Assembly (NCBI GenBank): GCA_046563655.1
Contig: CM102287.1
Coordinates: 4,340,001 to 4,404,000, forward strand
DNA from: Yuukianura sp. NJ FZ-2021
Lineage: Eukaryota
Direction: 5' to 3'
DNA length: 64,000 nt
Shown: one piece after another, positions 37,301 through 47,982 of the stretch
Numbering within the stretch: position 1 is the first letter of the stretch
Layout: each line of letters starts with the position of its first letter
The notes under the pieces: model-generated
Seen by the model: only the letters and a program-made list of their open reading frames with translations
Databases searched by the model: none
What the model was told of the DNA's origin: nothing
Translations under genes and position numbers: made by a program

Positions 37301-38686
37301 TCTCTCATGGCAATGGAAATGAAAAACAGACTTCAAGGAATTCTCGGCGGGAAAACACTTACAGTCAGCGCCTTACAAGAAAATCGAACTGTGCGGAGCC
37401 TCTCTCGTCACCTAGCGTCTCTCCTGCTTTCAGATTTACCAGAAGCGTCTAATGTGTCACTAAGTGACCTTGTCAAGTCTGATTCCATTTTGCCCGATGA
37501 CATCCGAGCCCTTGAAGGGCCCTGCCTCCTTCCCTCATCCTACAAATCCATTTTCTTAACAGGGGTCACAGGTCACCTTGGCTTTCACGTTCTTCTGGAA
37601 CTTCTGTCTTCACGTCCAGACATAACAGTCCACTGTTTAGTTCGATCCAAGACGCCGGAAGAAGGTCACCAACGTATTGTCCGCAATTTCAGTACATACC
37701 AAATTCCAGAAGTTGACCTGCACCGTGTCACGGTTGTTCCTGGAGATGTCACTCTGGATCGATTCGGACTTGATGCGGCCACTTTTGATTCCCTGGCGAC
37801 CTCCGTTGACGCAGTGCTACACTGTGCCATCAAAGCCAATCACCTTGACTCTTACTCCGACGGCAGTCGAACGGACATGCGCACACACAACGTCTTTGGT
37901 CTCATAAACGTTCTAAGATTCGTCACTTCCGGAAAGTCCAAGCATCTCTGTCACGCTTCCTCCCTCTTAGCCGTGACCAAAGCCACCGAAGATGGACTCC
38001 TGTCCGAAGATTTTCCGAGTATTGACGACGACGGTGGTTCTCTTCTAAAACAAGGCTACTCTCTGTCCAAGTTCGTCGGAGAAAAACTGCTCGCAGAAGC
38101 CGTGCGCCGTGGAATTCCGGTCACGGTGGTCCGCTATCCAAGTATTTTCGGACACAGTGTCACCGGAGTGATGCCTCCAGGCTACAACCATGCCTGGAAC
38201 ATTCTTTTATCTTGTATCAGAGTTCGAATGGTTCCGAAAGTTTTTCTCGACGGACTTCCGGTTATGCCTGTTGACATTTGTGCTCGGGTCACCGCGTCTC
38301 TGTTTTTGTCCGACTCGGCAGAATCCGGAATGTACAATTTCAGTAACGATACGAACGAAGACAGTGATATCCTGGAGGTGTTTCAAGAATTTGGAATCAG
38401 TGCGGAGTATGTAACGTTTGAAGAGTGGCGGGACGCTGTTTTTGATGACACCGCGGGTGATCCAAGCATTTTAGGTCCAGTGCGTGACCTCTACAAGAAC
38501 GACACCGAAAGCAGTCCAATGGACATCCATCCTCTGGGGAATCAAATGGACACTGTGAGCTGGTCCACTTTGAGCAAAAAGTTGGAACGAAATGTACCCG
38601 ACATTCGGAAGTGGATCATCCCCCCAAAAGTCGTTTTTCAACGACATCTGAACTACCACTACAAATCAGCGACGAGTCAACCGTAA
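27284..38686 (+). CDS. Glycogenin-like (GT8-fold) domain fused to a type I polyketide synthase: GT8-KS-AT-DH-cMT-ER-KR-ACP-thioester reductase, ~3180 aa
   Basis: Eleven exons with phase-consistent GT-AG introns: 27284-27432, 27500-27641, 27706-27844, 27922-28073, 28248-28313, 28523-29319, 29805-33033, 33104-34675, 34739-35348, 35419-36315, 36897-38686 (9543 nt, 3181 codons including stop). An alternative start is the micro-exon 26326-26332 spliced to 27291. Motifs: KS ESGCSS (Cys 29123), AHGTGT, KTNIGH; AT GQGSQ, GHSVG, HAFH; DH HPLLG, DHRVAEKVIIP, DGIIQ; MT LEVGAGSG, VIHAT; ER VHVASGGVG; KR YLITGGLGGLG; ACP LGVDSL (Ser 37301); reductase FLTGVTGHLG, YSLSK. The PKS part is near certain; the fusion is inferred from splice logic. 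Confidence 0.88.
29357..29522. repeat. Intronic degenerate tandem repeat, ~69-bp unit, ~2.4 copies
   Basis: gaaaatagcg...gaaaaatcgttcaaattc recurs inside the KS intron 29320-29804. Confidence 0.7.
36409..36799. mobile_element. Non-autonomous hAT-like MITE in the last PKS intron
   Basis: Terminal inverted repeats TAGGGGTAT (36409-36417) / ATACCTCTA (36791-36799), 8/9 match. 8-bp target-site duplication GTCACGAT (36401-36408) / GTCTCGAT (36800-36807). Subterminal inverted repeat ATTTTGACGGA/TCCGTCAAAAT and several AAATCCGGATTT palindromes. No ORF. Confidence 0.75.
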
Positions 38687-39002
38687 GGTCAAAGGTCATG
38701 ACACAAAAAAAATTGCAAGCTGAAAAAGTCCAATTTCCTGCCAGTTTGATTTCAAACTCGGTTTCCGAAAGTTTCCGAGTCGGTTGACCTTGAAACTGGC
38801 AGTATAAAAACTAAAAACATCGATTTTCAGGCAGGCATGCGCACAAGAAGGCAGTTTGTGTATCCTAAGTTTTTCGTAAAACTTGAAAAATTGTACATTA
38901 TATTATTTTTTGGTTGTTTTTATAAATAAAACAAGTTTAGTTTAGTTTTCTTTTTTCATTTTAGGAATTGTTCATGGTTGACCTCAAACTATTTATGAAA
39001 GG

Positions 39003-42000
39003 TCAAAGGTCATCGTCATCGATGTTTTGCGTATCTTCAGCATTTTCGTTCTTTTCTTCCTCGGTTTCTGACACTTCAAAAGATGTATCCGGAATTTCTT
39101 CAAAATTTTCCTCTTCGTTCCAAAACGCTTCAATTTCGAATTCTCCCGCCAGGGATTCTGGCGGCGTCGGAGCTGGAGCGCTGAAATTCATGTTTTTAGA
39201 AACCGAAATTTTCTGGCCAGACGTCGGCAAGTAAAATTCATCTTCTCCGAGCAGCGATTCTTGAGCTGATTCTGCATCTTCTCCCATTGTACCTTCGTAC
39301 GCTTTCAGCGTTCTGAGTTGCTCGGAATCCTTCAAGCGATAAGTGTAGTCCATCTCTACGGCCACTTGGAGTCGCTGTTCCAACGGAGCCTTCTGATTGG
39401 CCAAGATTCGAAAAGCGTCCTTGAAGTACCTCCACTCGTCCCGCCCTTTCCAGCGATTCAAAATTGTTTCCAGCTCTCTTTCTACTGGATTATCTTCGCT
39501 GATTTTGTTCAGTTCGTACATATCATCAGCGACCTCGTCTCGCACCAGTTTCAGCGTTCCGTAAGCATCTGCTGGCAGAAGTCGTTCAATGAAGAACGCT
39601 GCGGTAATATCCTGCGAAATTCCAAAAAATTAAAAAAAAAATCAAAATTTCGGCTAAACCTTTCAAAATTTTGAATATTTTTCTAACCCGTGGCATTTCA
39701 TGAGGCGGTTCGGCTTTGGTTTTAGCAGTCTCAGCAGCCCATTCACCTTCGGCATCTTCCGGATGCAGAAGTTCTGAATTTTTTACCTCTACGTCGGACT
39801 GAGTCCTTTGCTTATGAACCAAAACACTGTCCAAATGTGGAAACGAAGCGACGAGTTCGGACAGCTTCGGGTCACCACTTTGACGTTGCGTGTCAAAGGC
39901 CACTGAAACTTTCTGCTCGTCTTCAGTTGACGATGTTTCGGGATTGGTAATTGACACGACTGAACTGTGCGTGTGCGATGTCTCGGAATCGGCTTTGACG
40001 TACCAGCTTGACGTTGACGTTCGTGCTTTAGAAACATATTTTTTAGCCTCTTCTTTCTGTGGAGCTTCGTAGAAATTCGGAAGGAAGTGGGGCAGATCCA
40101 CCTCTTCAAGTTTTTCTCCTGGAATTCAAAATTTTGAAAATTTTGAAATTCCTAAAAAATCAAGTTACATTGTTATGTTAGTTTCTGTAATGTAAAAGAC
40201 CTCTAACCTTTTGTGGTGATGAGAGTGACAAAATTTTCCCGTGGAATTTTTGGGGGGTCAAGGTCAGGTTCAGCCAAAATGCTGAAGGCTTTGACCACAT
40301 CTGAAGGCAAAACGCCTCCGTCTTTGTGATTTGCAAAGAGAATCAAAAAATCGTCGTAGCGAATTTCGTTTTGCTCTTCGCCATACTTCAGTCCTAGCAG
40401 AAACTCCGTCTCTTCCAAAATCTGCTCAACCTGAAACGGCATTTTAAAAATTCAGAAAATTTTCAAAAAATTTTGCCACTATTGAATTCCTAGTTCTCAT
40501 TTCGAAATCAACAGCAACCCAAGACTAATCTTTTTGCACAACCGGCTCCGGCTGACTCACAAGTATTCAGAGGCATTTTTAAAATGAAAAGCATTATTTC
40601 GCCGACCACAAAGCAGTTTCGATGGAGAAAATGAGAAAAAACGCCTAGATACTTGTGAGACACCCGGTACAAAACACTACGGGCATTCATTCCAATGTTG
40701 GATTGACCTCTGACCTCTTGTTCCGTTACGAAGTATCCACAAGTACGCATGACCGTTGGAATTTCTGTGACTGGGATTCGTCTGTTCATGCGCACAAATT
40801 CGTCTTGGTTGGGAGCTCTCGTGAGCATCGAATGGTAAAAGATGTTCTCAATGTCGTTTACGACACTTTCTCCAGCAGGAAGATTCCAGTCCAAGTAGCG
40901 TCTGTACGGAGTCACTCCATATCCACCAGTCATTTCAAAATTTTCCATTGCTCTTCAAAAAACAAGGTTTTACAAAATTTCTGACTTTTATAGTCAATTT
41001 CAGAATTTTCAAAATTTTGAAACTTTCCCTTACAGCATTTCTGGCATCCACATGAAAACGGAACAGTCGTTGGCACCTACAGTGAAGATTTCGCGTCCTT
41101 CGTAACTAAGCCCAAGCCCTACGATCTGCTCATAATTCAAAATTCAAAATTTTAAAAAACATTTTGAAATGAAATTTTTGGTTTCTTATGAAATTTTAGT
41201 TTTCAACTTACACCTTCCGGATGTGCAAACACCGACATTGCCTTGAACGGATTTCCATCAACAGGAGTTTTGATGAGACCAAGTCTCTCCTTTTGAATTG
41301 TCAAAATCAGCTTGGTACTTCCGCCTGCACTGCTCTCAGGAGCAATTAACTGGGCAAAACACAATTAAACTAATTGATTAACAAACAATTAAGTTCAATT
41401 TTAACTACAATTTAAAAGTGTCCTAGGCTTACAGTCATTGAGGTTATCGGACTTCCATAATTCGGAGCTTGGCAAGTTTTACGAATTTTGTATTCGTCCT
41501 GGTCAAAAACCCGGATCTTGTTCTGCAAAACCGAGAAAGTGTGAGAGGTCAAATGTTAGCACAAAAAGTCAAAATATAGCACAAAACGTCAAAAGTCAGC
41601 ACGAAGAATTAAAGGTCAGCATAAAATGTCAAAAGTCAGCACAAAGAATCAAAAGTCAGCACGAAGAATCAAAGGTCAGCAAAAAAAAGTCAAAGGTCAA
41701 CAGCTCCTTACTTTCGTAGTGGCATAGTGTATGAGTGGTCCATGCTCTGAAAATGCTTCAGCGAAGACCATCGCTGTTGGAATCGCTGTCACTTCAACAT
41801 TAGTGATTTGCAGAATCTCGAGTCCCGAAACAGCCCGACTCTCCGCAATGTTATACTCAATGAGTCTCCGATCTTCTCCGAGTGAAAAGTATCGCTGAAA
41901 ACCAAGTTCGGGATCTTTGAAAAAACAAATGTCAACTACAGGATGGTAGTGGGACTTGTGTTTCCCTTTGATCGTCCATGTAACTCTCTCTGAATGGAAG

Positions 42001-44772
42001 TTACAAAGTGTAACAGTGTTGGCAGTATCCTAAAAATTCAAAATTTTGAACTCTTTTTTCAAAAAACAGAAAACTTTGTTTAAATCGTTTCCTTACGAAA
42101 AGTCCCAAATAAAGCCCGCAACTCGAAAATTCAACTTTCATAATTTTTGATTTTCCGACTGCAAGCGGAGCGTCCATTGGCGTCAGCGTAACTGCACGGC
42201 GAAAGTAGAGCGTCCCTGTGGTATTCCCAAGCACAATCAAGGCTCCTGTTTCACAAAATTTTTACACATTTTTTTAAAATTTCGAATTTTGAAATTTCGG
42301 GATTTCTTTTCAAAAAAGTACCAGAAGGATGGTACTTGATTGTCGTCACAACCATTTCCTTAGTAAACAGTTTTCCACTGAAAATGACTTCATTCGAATG
42401 GTAATCAACCAGTTGGAAGTCACTCGTCGGAGTACACATGGCCAAGTGTGTTCTAAATTAAAAAAAAAGCAGTGACCTTGACCTTTGACCTTTCAAAGGT
42501 CAAAGGTCAAGGTCACTTACGTTATGGGTGACACGGCCATGATGGCTGAAGAGGCATATTTCCCAAGCGACTCTGGCACAATGAGGTCCATTCTGCCTTC
42601 GGCAATATGAAAATAGGCCACAGCTCCATCTTCATAACCTACAGGCAAAGTATAAAGGTCAGAGGTCATTGACCTTAGACCTGAGGTCAACTAAGGTCAA
42701 TGACCTCTGACCTCTAATTTTACTTGAGGTCAATGACCTTACCAACGACCATGTCTAGACACTCTTTAGGTTGATGGAGAGGGTTTCGCTCCAAAGTTGT
42801 TTCGGAAGGTGGTCGATACTTGGTTCCGCCAAAAGTGTAGTCGTAGACGGCACTGATTCCCTCGCGGTGAAAAGTGTTGTGAGGGTAGCCATAAGTGAAG
42901 TAAGTTTTTCCTATGTTGACAAAAATATATAAATATAAAATAATAAATTAATATGAAATAATATATTTGATGTAATAACTCACTCATTTCTTTCTTCCAG
43001 AAAGGCTGGAGTGGATTGGAGCTGAAGGCGATAGAGGTGACAACCTCGTCCCGCGGAATCGTTTTTATCCAGCGCAGAATCCGAAACTTCGTGTCCAGAA
43101 ACCGGACGCCACCAAGGGAGTCACCAACGACAATGAAGCTACAAAAAAAGGTCAAGACCTTTAGTCAACGTCAAGCAAAGGTCAAAGGTCAACTCAAAAT
43201 GAACATACTCCTTGTGTAGAACGATGGCAGTGATGGACAGATCCTCGTCGATCTTGATGAATCTTCGAAATTCTTTGATATTGTGATTCGGATCTGGCGC
43301 TTCTTCTAATCCCAGAGCTTTCTGGGCTTTGAACTCCAAAATGTAGCCTAAAGGTCAAAGGTCAAACTTTTAGGAAGGTCAAAGATCAAAGGTCAAAGTT
43401 CAAAACAGAGTGGAAGATGACCTTTCGTTGTACAAATGAGCACAGAGTCTTGAATCCAAATTCCAGTTGTGAAGTCTCCCAAACGTGACATCAATTTCCA
43501 GTGACCTTTGGCCTGGCGGTAAATAATTTTCCGCTCTTGCCGAAGCTGAAATGCAAATTTTTTTTCCAAAATGACAAATTTTCCGAGTTTTTTTTTAAAA
43601 TTGGTATCCAAAATTTTTTAAATTGTAAAAAACTTGCCCAAGTGTAGAACAGGACCGTCCGTTGTCCGTAAGTTACAAAGTGATGCGGCTTGTCAGTGCT
43701 GGCAAGTATTTTGTGGTGTAAAGTTTTCTTAAAATATAAAGTCTCACTCGCTGTTTCAAAATTCAAAACGAGTTTTAAAAAATCGTTTTTCATATTTCAA
43801 GTTTCATTTTTTTCAGTTTTTTTTTTGTAAATTGGACCTTCCAAGTGTGATTCCTTGTGTCCGAGAGTCCAAATGCTGACCATTTGCTGATTCTGAGATG
43901 CTGGAGTACCATCACCAGAAGTGCTTGGGGTCAAATCCTTAACACAGTGGAGAACTGCTACATCCGCGTGACCTCCCCCGACAAAGGTCACGTCACAAGC
44001 ATCTTGCCATCGAGCATTCGGGTCACCCGAGTCAATCTGACATGCGCGAGACAGCAATCCAGTATGGACGTTCCAGATAATCAACGTCGGTGGCTGGAAC
44101 GGTTCTTCACCACTTCCGGAATCCACTGTGACGATGTGCTCGTAGTTTTCTTCCTGATGCAGAGCAGCTATCTTCTGAGTCTAAAAAAACAGAATTTTAA
44201 CCTTAGTTTCAAAATTTCAAAAAACTTTCAAAAATTATTTCAATCTTACATGTCCTTGTAAAACACTTTGCTTGTTGTTGTAGAAGTCGAAGAAAACGAG
44301 GACGCTGGAAGCGACATAAGCGATATGACTCCCATGAATTCCTGACAAATTCAAAACTTCCTTGACGTTCTTGTTCCTCCCAAAAGCTCTCAGCAATTTC
44401 TAAAAACCAAAATAAAATTTAACTTTTTTGAATTTCGAAATTTCGGGTTTTGAAAATCACTTTTTAAAAACTGGGCGTTACCAATGGAGGTAAGTTCTGT
44501 CCGCTGGATCCTTGTTGCCCTGGAATTGCCGCAGCTTGACTCTTTTGTGTTTTGAGTACTAAGGGCCCAGTTTCTGCATCAGCGTCTTGTGACCTTTGAC
44601 CTCTCCTTGCAAAAAACTGGATTTCTTCCAGAAATTGAATTGTGAATGGATCTGACTCATCTCGAATCAAATCTCCCGCCAGTCCGTACACCCCACTGCG
44701 ATTGATTTCTGTTGATTGGATTCTTTCTACTGGACGAGCTGCTGGACGCAACGGAGGAGCTGCTGGCGACAT
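39003..44772 (-). CDS. CFAP251: Cilia- and flagella-associated protein 251 (WDR66), WD40 repeats plus EF-hand-like C-terminus; multi-exon
   Basis: Spliced minus-strand segments include YFSLGEDRRLIEYNI, KIRKTCQAPNYGSPI, LGLIKTPVDGNPFKAMSVFAHPEG, LSYEGREIFTVGANDCSVFMW, IFYHSML...IPVTEIPTVMRTCGYFVTEQEVEQILEE and DITAAFFIERLL, which I recognise as colinear with CFAP251. The start codon and some exon borders are uncertain. Confidence 0.85.
40548..40667. mobile_element. Small degenerate Tc1/mariner-like MITE in a CFAP251 intron
   Basis: CCGGCTGACTCACAAGTAT (40548-40566) versus the reverse complement of 40649-40667, CCGGGTGTCTCACAAGTAT: 17/19 match. Further internal inverted match AGGCATTTTT/AAAAACGCCT. 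TA follows the right end only. Confidence 0.55.
41551..41700. repeat. Intronic minisatellite, 20-bp unit (aaaagtcagcacgaagaatc-like), ~7.5 copies
   Basis: 20-nt periodicity read directly; lies within a CFAP251 intron. Confidence 0.85.
42471..42517. repeat. Perfect inverted repeat, 23-bp arms, 1-nt spacer
   Basis: agtgaccttgacctttgaccttt-c-aaaggtcaaaggtcaaggtcact; fills most of the minus-strand intron 42453-42520. Confidence 0.95.
42656..42713. repeat. Perfect inverted repeat, 23-bp arms, 12-nt loop
   Basis: aggtcagaggtcattgaccttag (42656-42678) / ctaaggtcaatgacctctgacct (42691-42713), inside the minus-strand intron 42639-42742. Confidence 0.95.
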
Positions 44773-44950
44773 TGCTTCTCGAATTATTCTGATTGCTTGT
44801 CTATTTGAACAGATTCTAAACAGCTTCTGTTTAAAAAAACTGTAAACGTTTCAGTTTCAAAAAAAAAAAATTACATTTCATTTCTTAGAAAAAATGAGCA
44901 ACATTTTAAAAAACAACTACTACATATATACGTCGCCCTAGTAGCAGTAA

Positions 44951-44964
44951 GTTGTCAAGGAAAC
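44951..44964. promoter_or_regulatory. Candidate RFX X-box upstream of CFAP251
   Basis: GTTGTCAAGGAAAC, about 180 bp upstream of the putative ATG of a ciliary gene. RFX/X-box control of ciliary genes is established. Confidence 0.55.
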
Positions 44965-45305
44965 ATAAAAATGTAGTTGCTAAATCATTAAAATACTTCC
45001 ATAACAAGATAACCTAACATGGAAATTACATAAAGTTACATAAAATTACAGTACATAAAATTATGTACAGTACATAACTAATTCTATGTTTCTAAAATTA
45101 TATAAATTATGAACTTTGGTCAGGTTTTTTGGAAATGTTGTTTTGAAAAATAAAACAACATTTAGATTACATCGAAAGGCTTTATGGGCAAGGGATTTTT
45201 AAACTAATTAGAAAACTAAACTAACTTTAGATTTAGATTAACCTAGTGCACAACTTTTCTATAACTTTTAGAAGTTTCTTGAAAGTTGACCTCGGAGTGA
45301 CCTCT

Positions 45306-47982
45306 TCATTGCTTCAGCGGATACTTGCGTGGACGTCCACGACCTCTTTTCTTTGGTGGTTCCTCTGCCACTGCCCCAGAAGATTCACGGTCAGCTTCAT
45401 TTCCACGGTCTTCCACCTCCGCGGCGCTTTTGTCTTTGAGCATTGCCTTCCGACCGCGGCGGCGTCCACGGTGACATTGAGCAACCGGTGTATCCAGGAA
45501 TTCTCGTGGCGGTGAAGCCTCAGGATCAACATTCTCCTGGTTTTCATCATCCGAAGTCTCTGCTGGAACTTTGTCTTCTATTTTCATCTTCTTCAGTTGC
45601 TTCACCACAACTGTAGATTTTAAAAAACCAAAATGATTTTTAAAAATTTTGAAAAAAAAATGACTAAAACTTTGAATTTTTATGGAATTTGGATGGGTTT
45701 TACAAATACCTGAAGGAGATTCTTTCCGTGGACGACCACGTCCTCGTTTTTCGTACTTTCTCTTCGGCGGCGCCAAAACTTCGCGTTCAGTTGGATGACG
45801 ACGACGTTTGCGTTCTGGTGTTGGCGGTGGTGTACGAATACGATCCTTGAGAATTTTCAAACATTAGAAACTGAATTTTTTAAAAACTCGTTTTTGAAAA
45901 AAAAAGTAGAAACAAACGGAATCCGATGGAGGTGTCGAGATCAAGGCAAATTTGACGATTTCTTCATCATCTAAATCGTCCAAGTCCAGTTCCATGTCAG
46001 ATTCAGTTTCCTCGTCACTCGTGTCATCACGACGGCGGCGTTTGTTTCCTCGGGTGCTGGCTACAAGTTCAAAATTTCGAAAATGAATTTTCAAAAACGT
46101 TTGTTAATCGATCTTTTTCTAAAAAGCTGCTTCTGTTACCAGTACGTCGCTTCTTTGGTATTTTCTCTTCCTTGGCATCTTTTCCTTGATTTCGTTTCTT
46201 GTAAGCTCGTTTGGTTCTGCCACGAGGAATTTCAATGTCAGGCGTATCGAGACGTTCTCCTGGAACAGGCTTCGGTGGAAATGAGAGACAGCGCAGACGT
46301 CTTGGCTGGAACGAAAAGGTCAAGAGGTCAACGTCATTGGCATGTCAGGTCAACAGGTCTTAGTATGAAGACTTACACAACATTGGATGATAGTACGAGC
46401 AAAGTGTTTGAAAGAGATGAGTGACACGGTTTCTGGAGGAGCTGGAGGATGAATTACGATTTGCAGTTTGTTGTTTTCGTCCAGAATTTGTTCAGCCAGT
46501 GCCACAATTGCAACATGTGAAAACGTTATGCAGGATTTCTTGATTACTTCTCTCAAGTCACCTCCAGTGGACAGCAGTGAAGCATCGAAAGTGGCACGAT
46601 GAGCAAAGTAGAAATTGGGTTCACTGTCGACTCCTCCAGCAGCTTTCAAGTCTTTTTCAGTAGCTGGTAGCAGAAGCTGCGGAAGGTCAAGGTCAAGAAG
46701 TCAAACTAAGAAATGAGGAAATTGTTGAAACTCAATTAACAATTGATTACCTGCGTTTCTTCATTGAGTGTTTGAATAGACAAGAGGTAAAGCCGTTTCG
46801 ATCGAAGCGGGCGGTACGACGCGAATGGCGTTTCGCTGCGTTCCAGTGCCACCTTCATTGCATAAGTTCGAATCCGACGAACCAAAATTCCAGCGCCAAA
46901 GTCTTCTGACTAAAATTTTGGAAGGTCAAATAATGAGCAGCTCACACTTCATACATCAAAAATATACTTACCTTGTCCATTACTGGAAATAGGTCAAATG
47001 GATCCACCTCGTGAGCCGAAGGAAACTCTTCCGCGCGTTTTTTGAAGTCGAACGTTTGCTAAAATTACGAAACCAGCAGGTCAAGGTCACTAAAATGAAT
47101 GTCACAGTGAACCTCTGAAGTACAACTTACAACTCCCAGGACATTTGAAGCATTTTGGCCATTTTGTTCCATGAGTGCTTGGACGCAGGGATCCAGCTTC
47201 TCCCCTTCGGCCATTTCCTGTGGCATCCGAATCAACTTGACCTTCTTCCTGTTCAACAAAGTGACATTATATGACACCATTTAGTTCAGTGTAAAAGTTA
47301 ACCTTTGAGCTTACCCTCTTTCAGTAAACACAAACTTGATTCCATGACGTCTCTCCATATGATTGTTGAGAAACAACTTCTTCCGGAACTTTTCTGGACA
47401 AAGGGAACACTGAAAGTACTTCCCATCCTTGTCATTCTCCATGGATTGTTCCGCTTGCACTTGCCTCTGGATCTTTCGCGTTTTCTGGACAAAATAAGTA
47501 CCATTACGATCCGAATCCTTATCGATACATCGATACATGACATTTTATCTTACCTCCGAGATTTCACTAAAGTCCCGGATACGGATTCCTCCAGGATCTT
47601 CCAGAGGATACTGACTGTTCATTTCAGATCCATCGTAGCATGGATGAATCGTCGAATACGTGTAGACTGCCTCAATTGGATTACCCATTTCATCTACCTC
47701 GATCATTTCATAATTATCCATGTCCATGGCCTCTTCTTCCTGTTGACATTCCACTTCGACCAGTTGTGTTTCTTGATCCGTCGTGGATTGTTCAAGCGAT
47801 GCTTCAACTTGCAGTACTGGCGGCGGAGTACTTCCATCCCTACGTGCAACTGCTCCAGCTCCACTAAATGCAGAAAGTGGATCCTCTTCCAGTATCGGTG
47901 CTTCAATGACCTGGGTCAATTGATCTTCAATTCCAACAGCAGGCTCTTCCTTTTGTTCGGCGTTCCTCGAGTGTCTAACCAT
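45306..47982 (-). CDS. Uncharacterised multi-exon nuclear protein with one C2H2 zinc finger and AT-hooks
   Basis: Acidic N-terminal exon (47982 to ~47554), C2H2 finger FQCSLCPEKFRKKLFLNNHMERRH (~47340-47420), several short exons, basic NLS-like and acidic tracts, and two KRGRGRPRK AT-hooks (~45725-45750 and ~45325-45350). Stop at 45306. Confidence 0.75.

Noticed and set aside
28535..38686. Reading the six PKS ORFs as a bacterial operon or a frameshifted pseudogene
   Set aside because: Every break is bounded by GT...AG with matching phase, giving one continuous frame; flanking genes are animal.
41551..41700. CRISPR-like appearance of the 20-bp repeats (also 55549-55647)
   Set aside because: Head-to-tail units without unique spacers, in a eukaryotic context with no cas genes.
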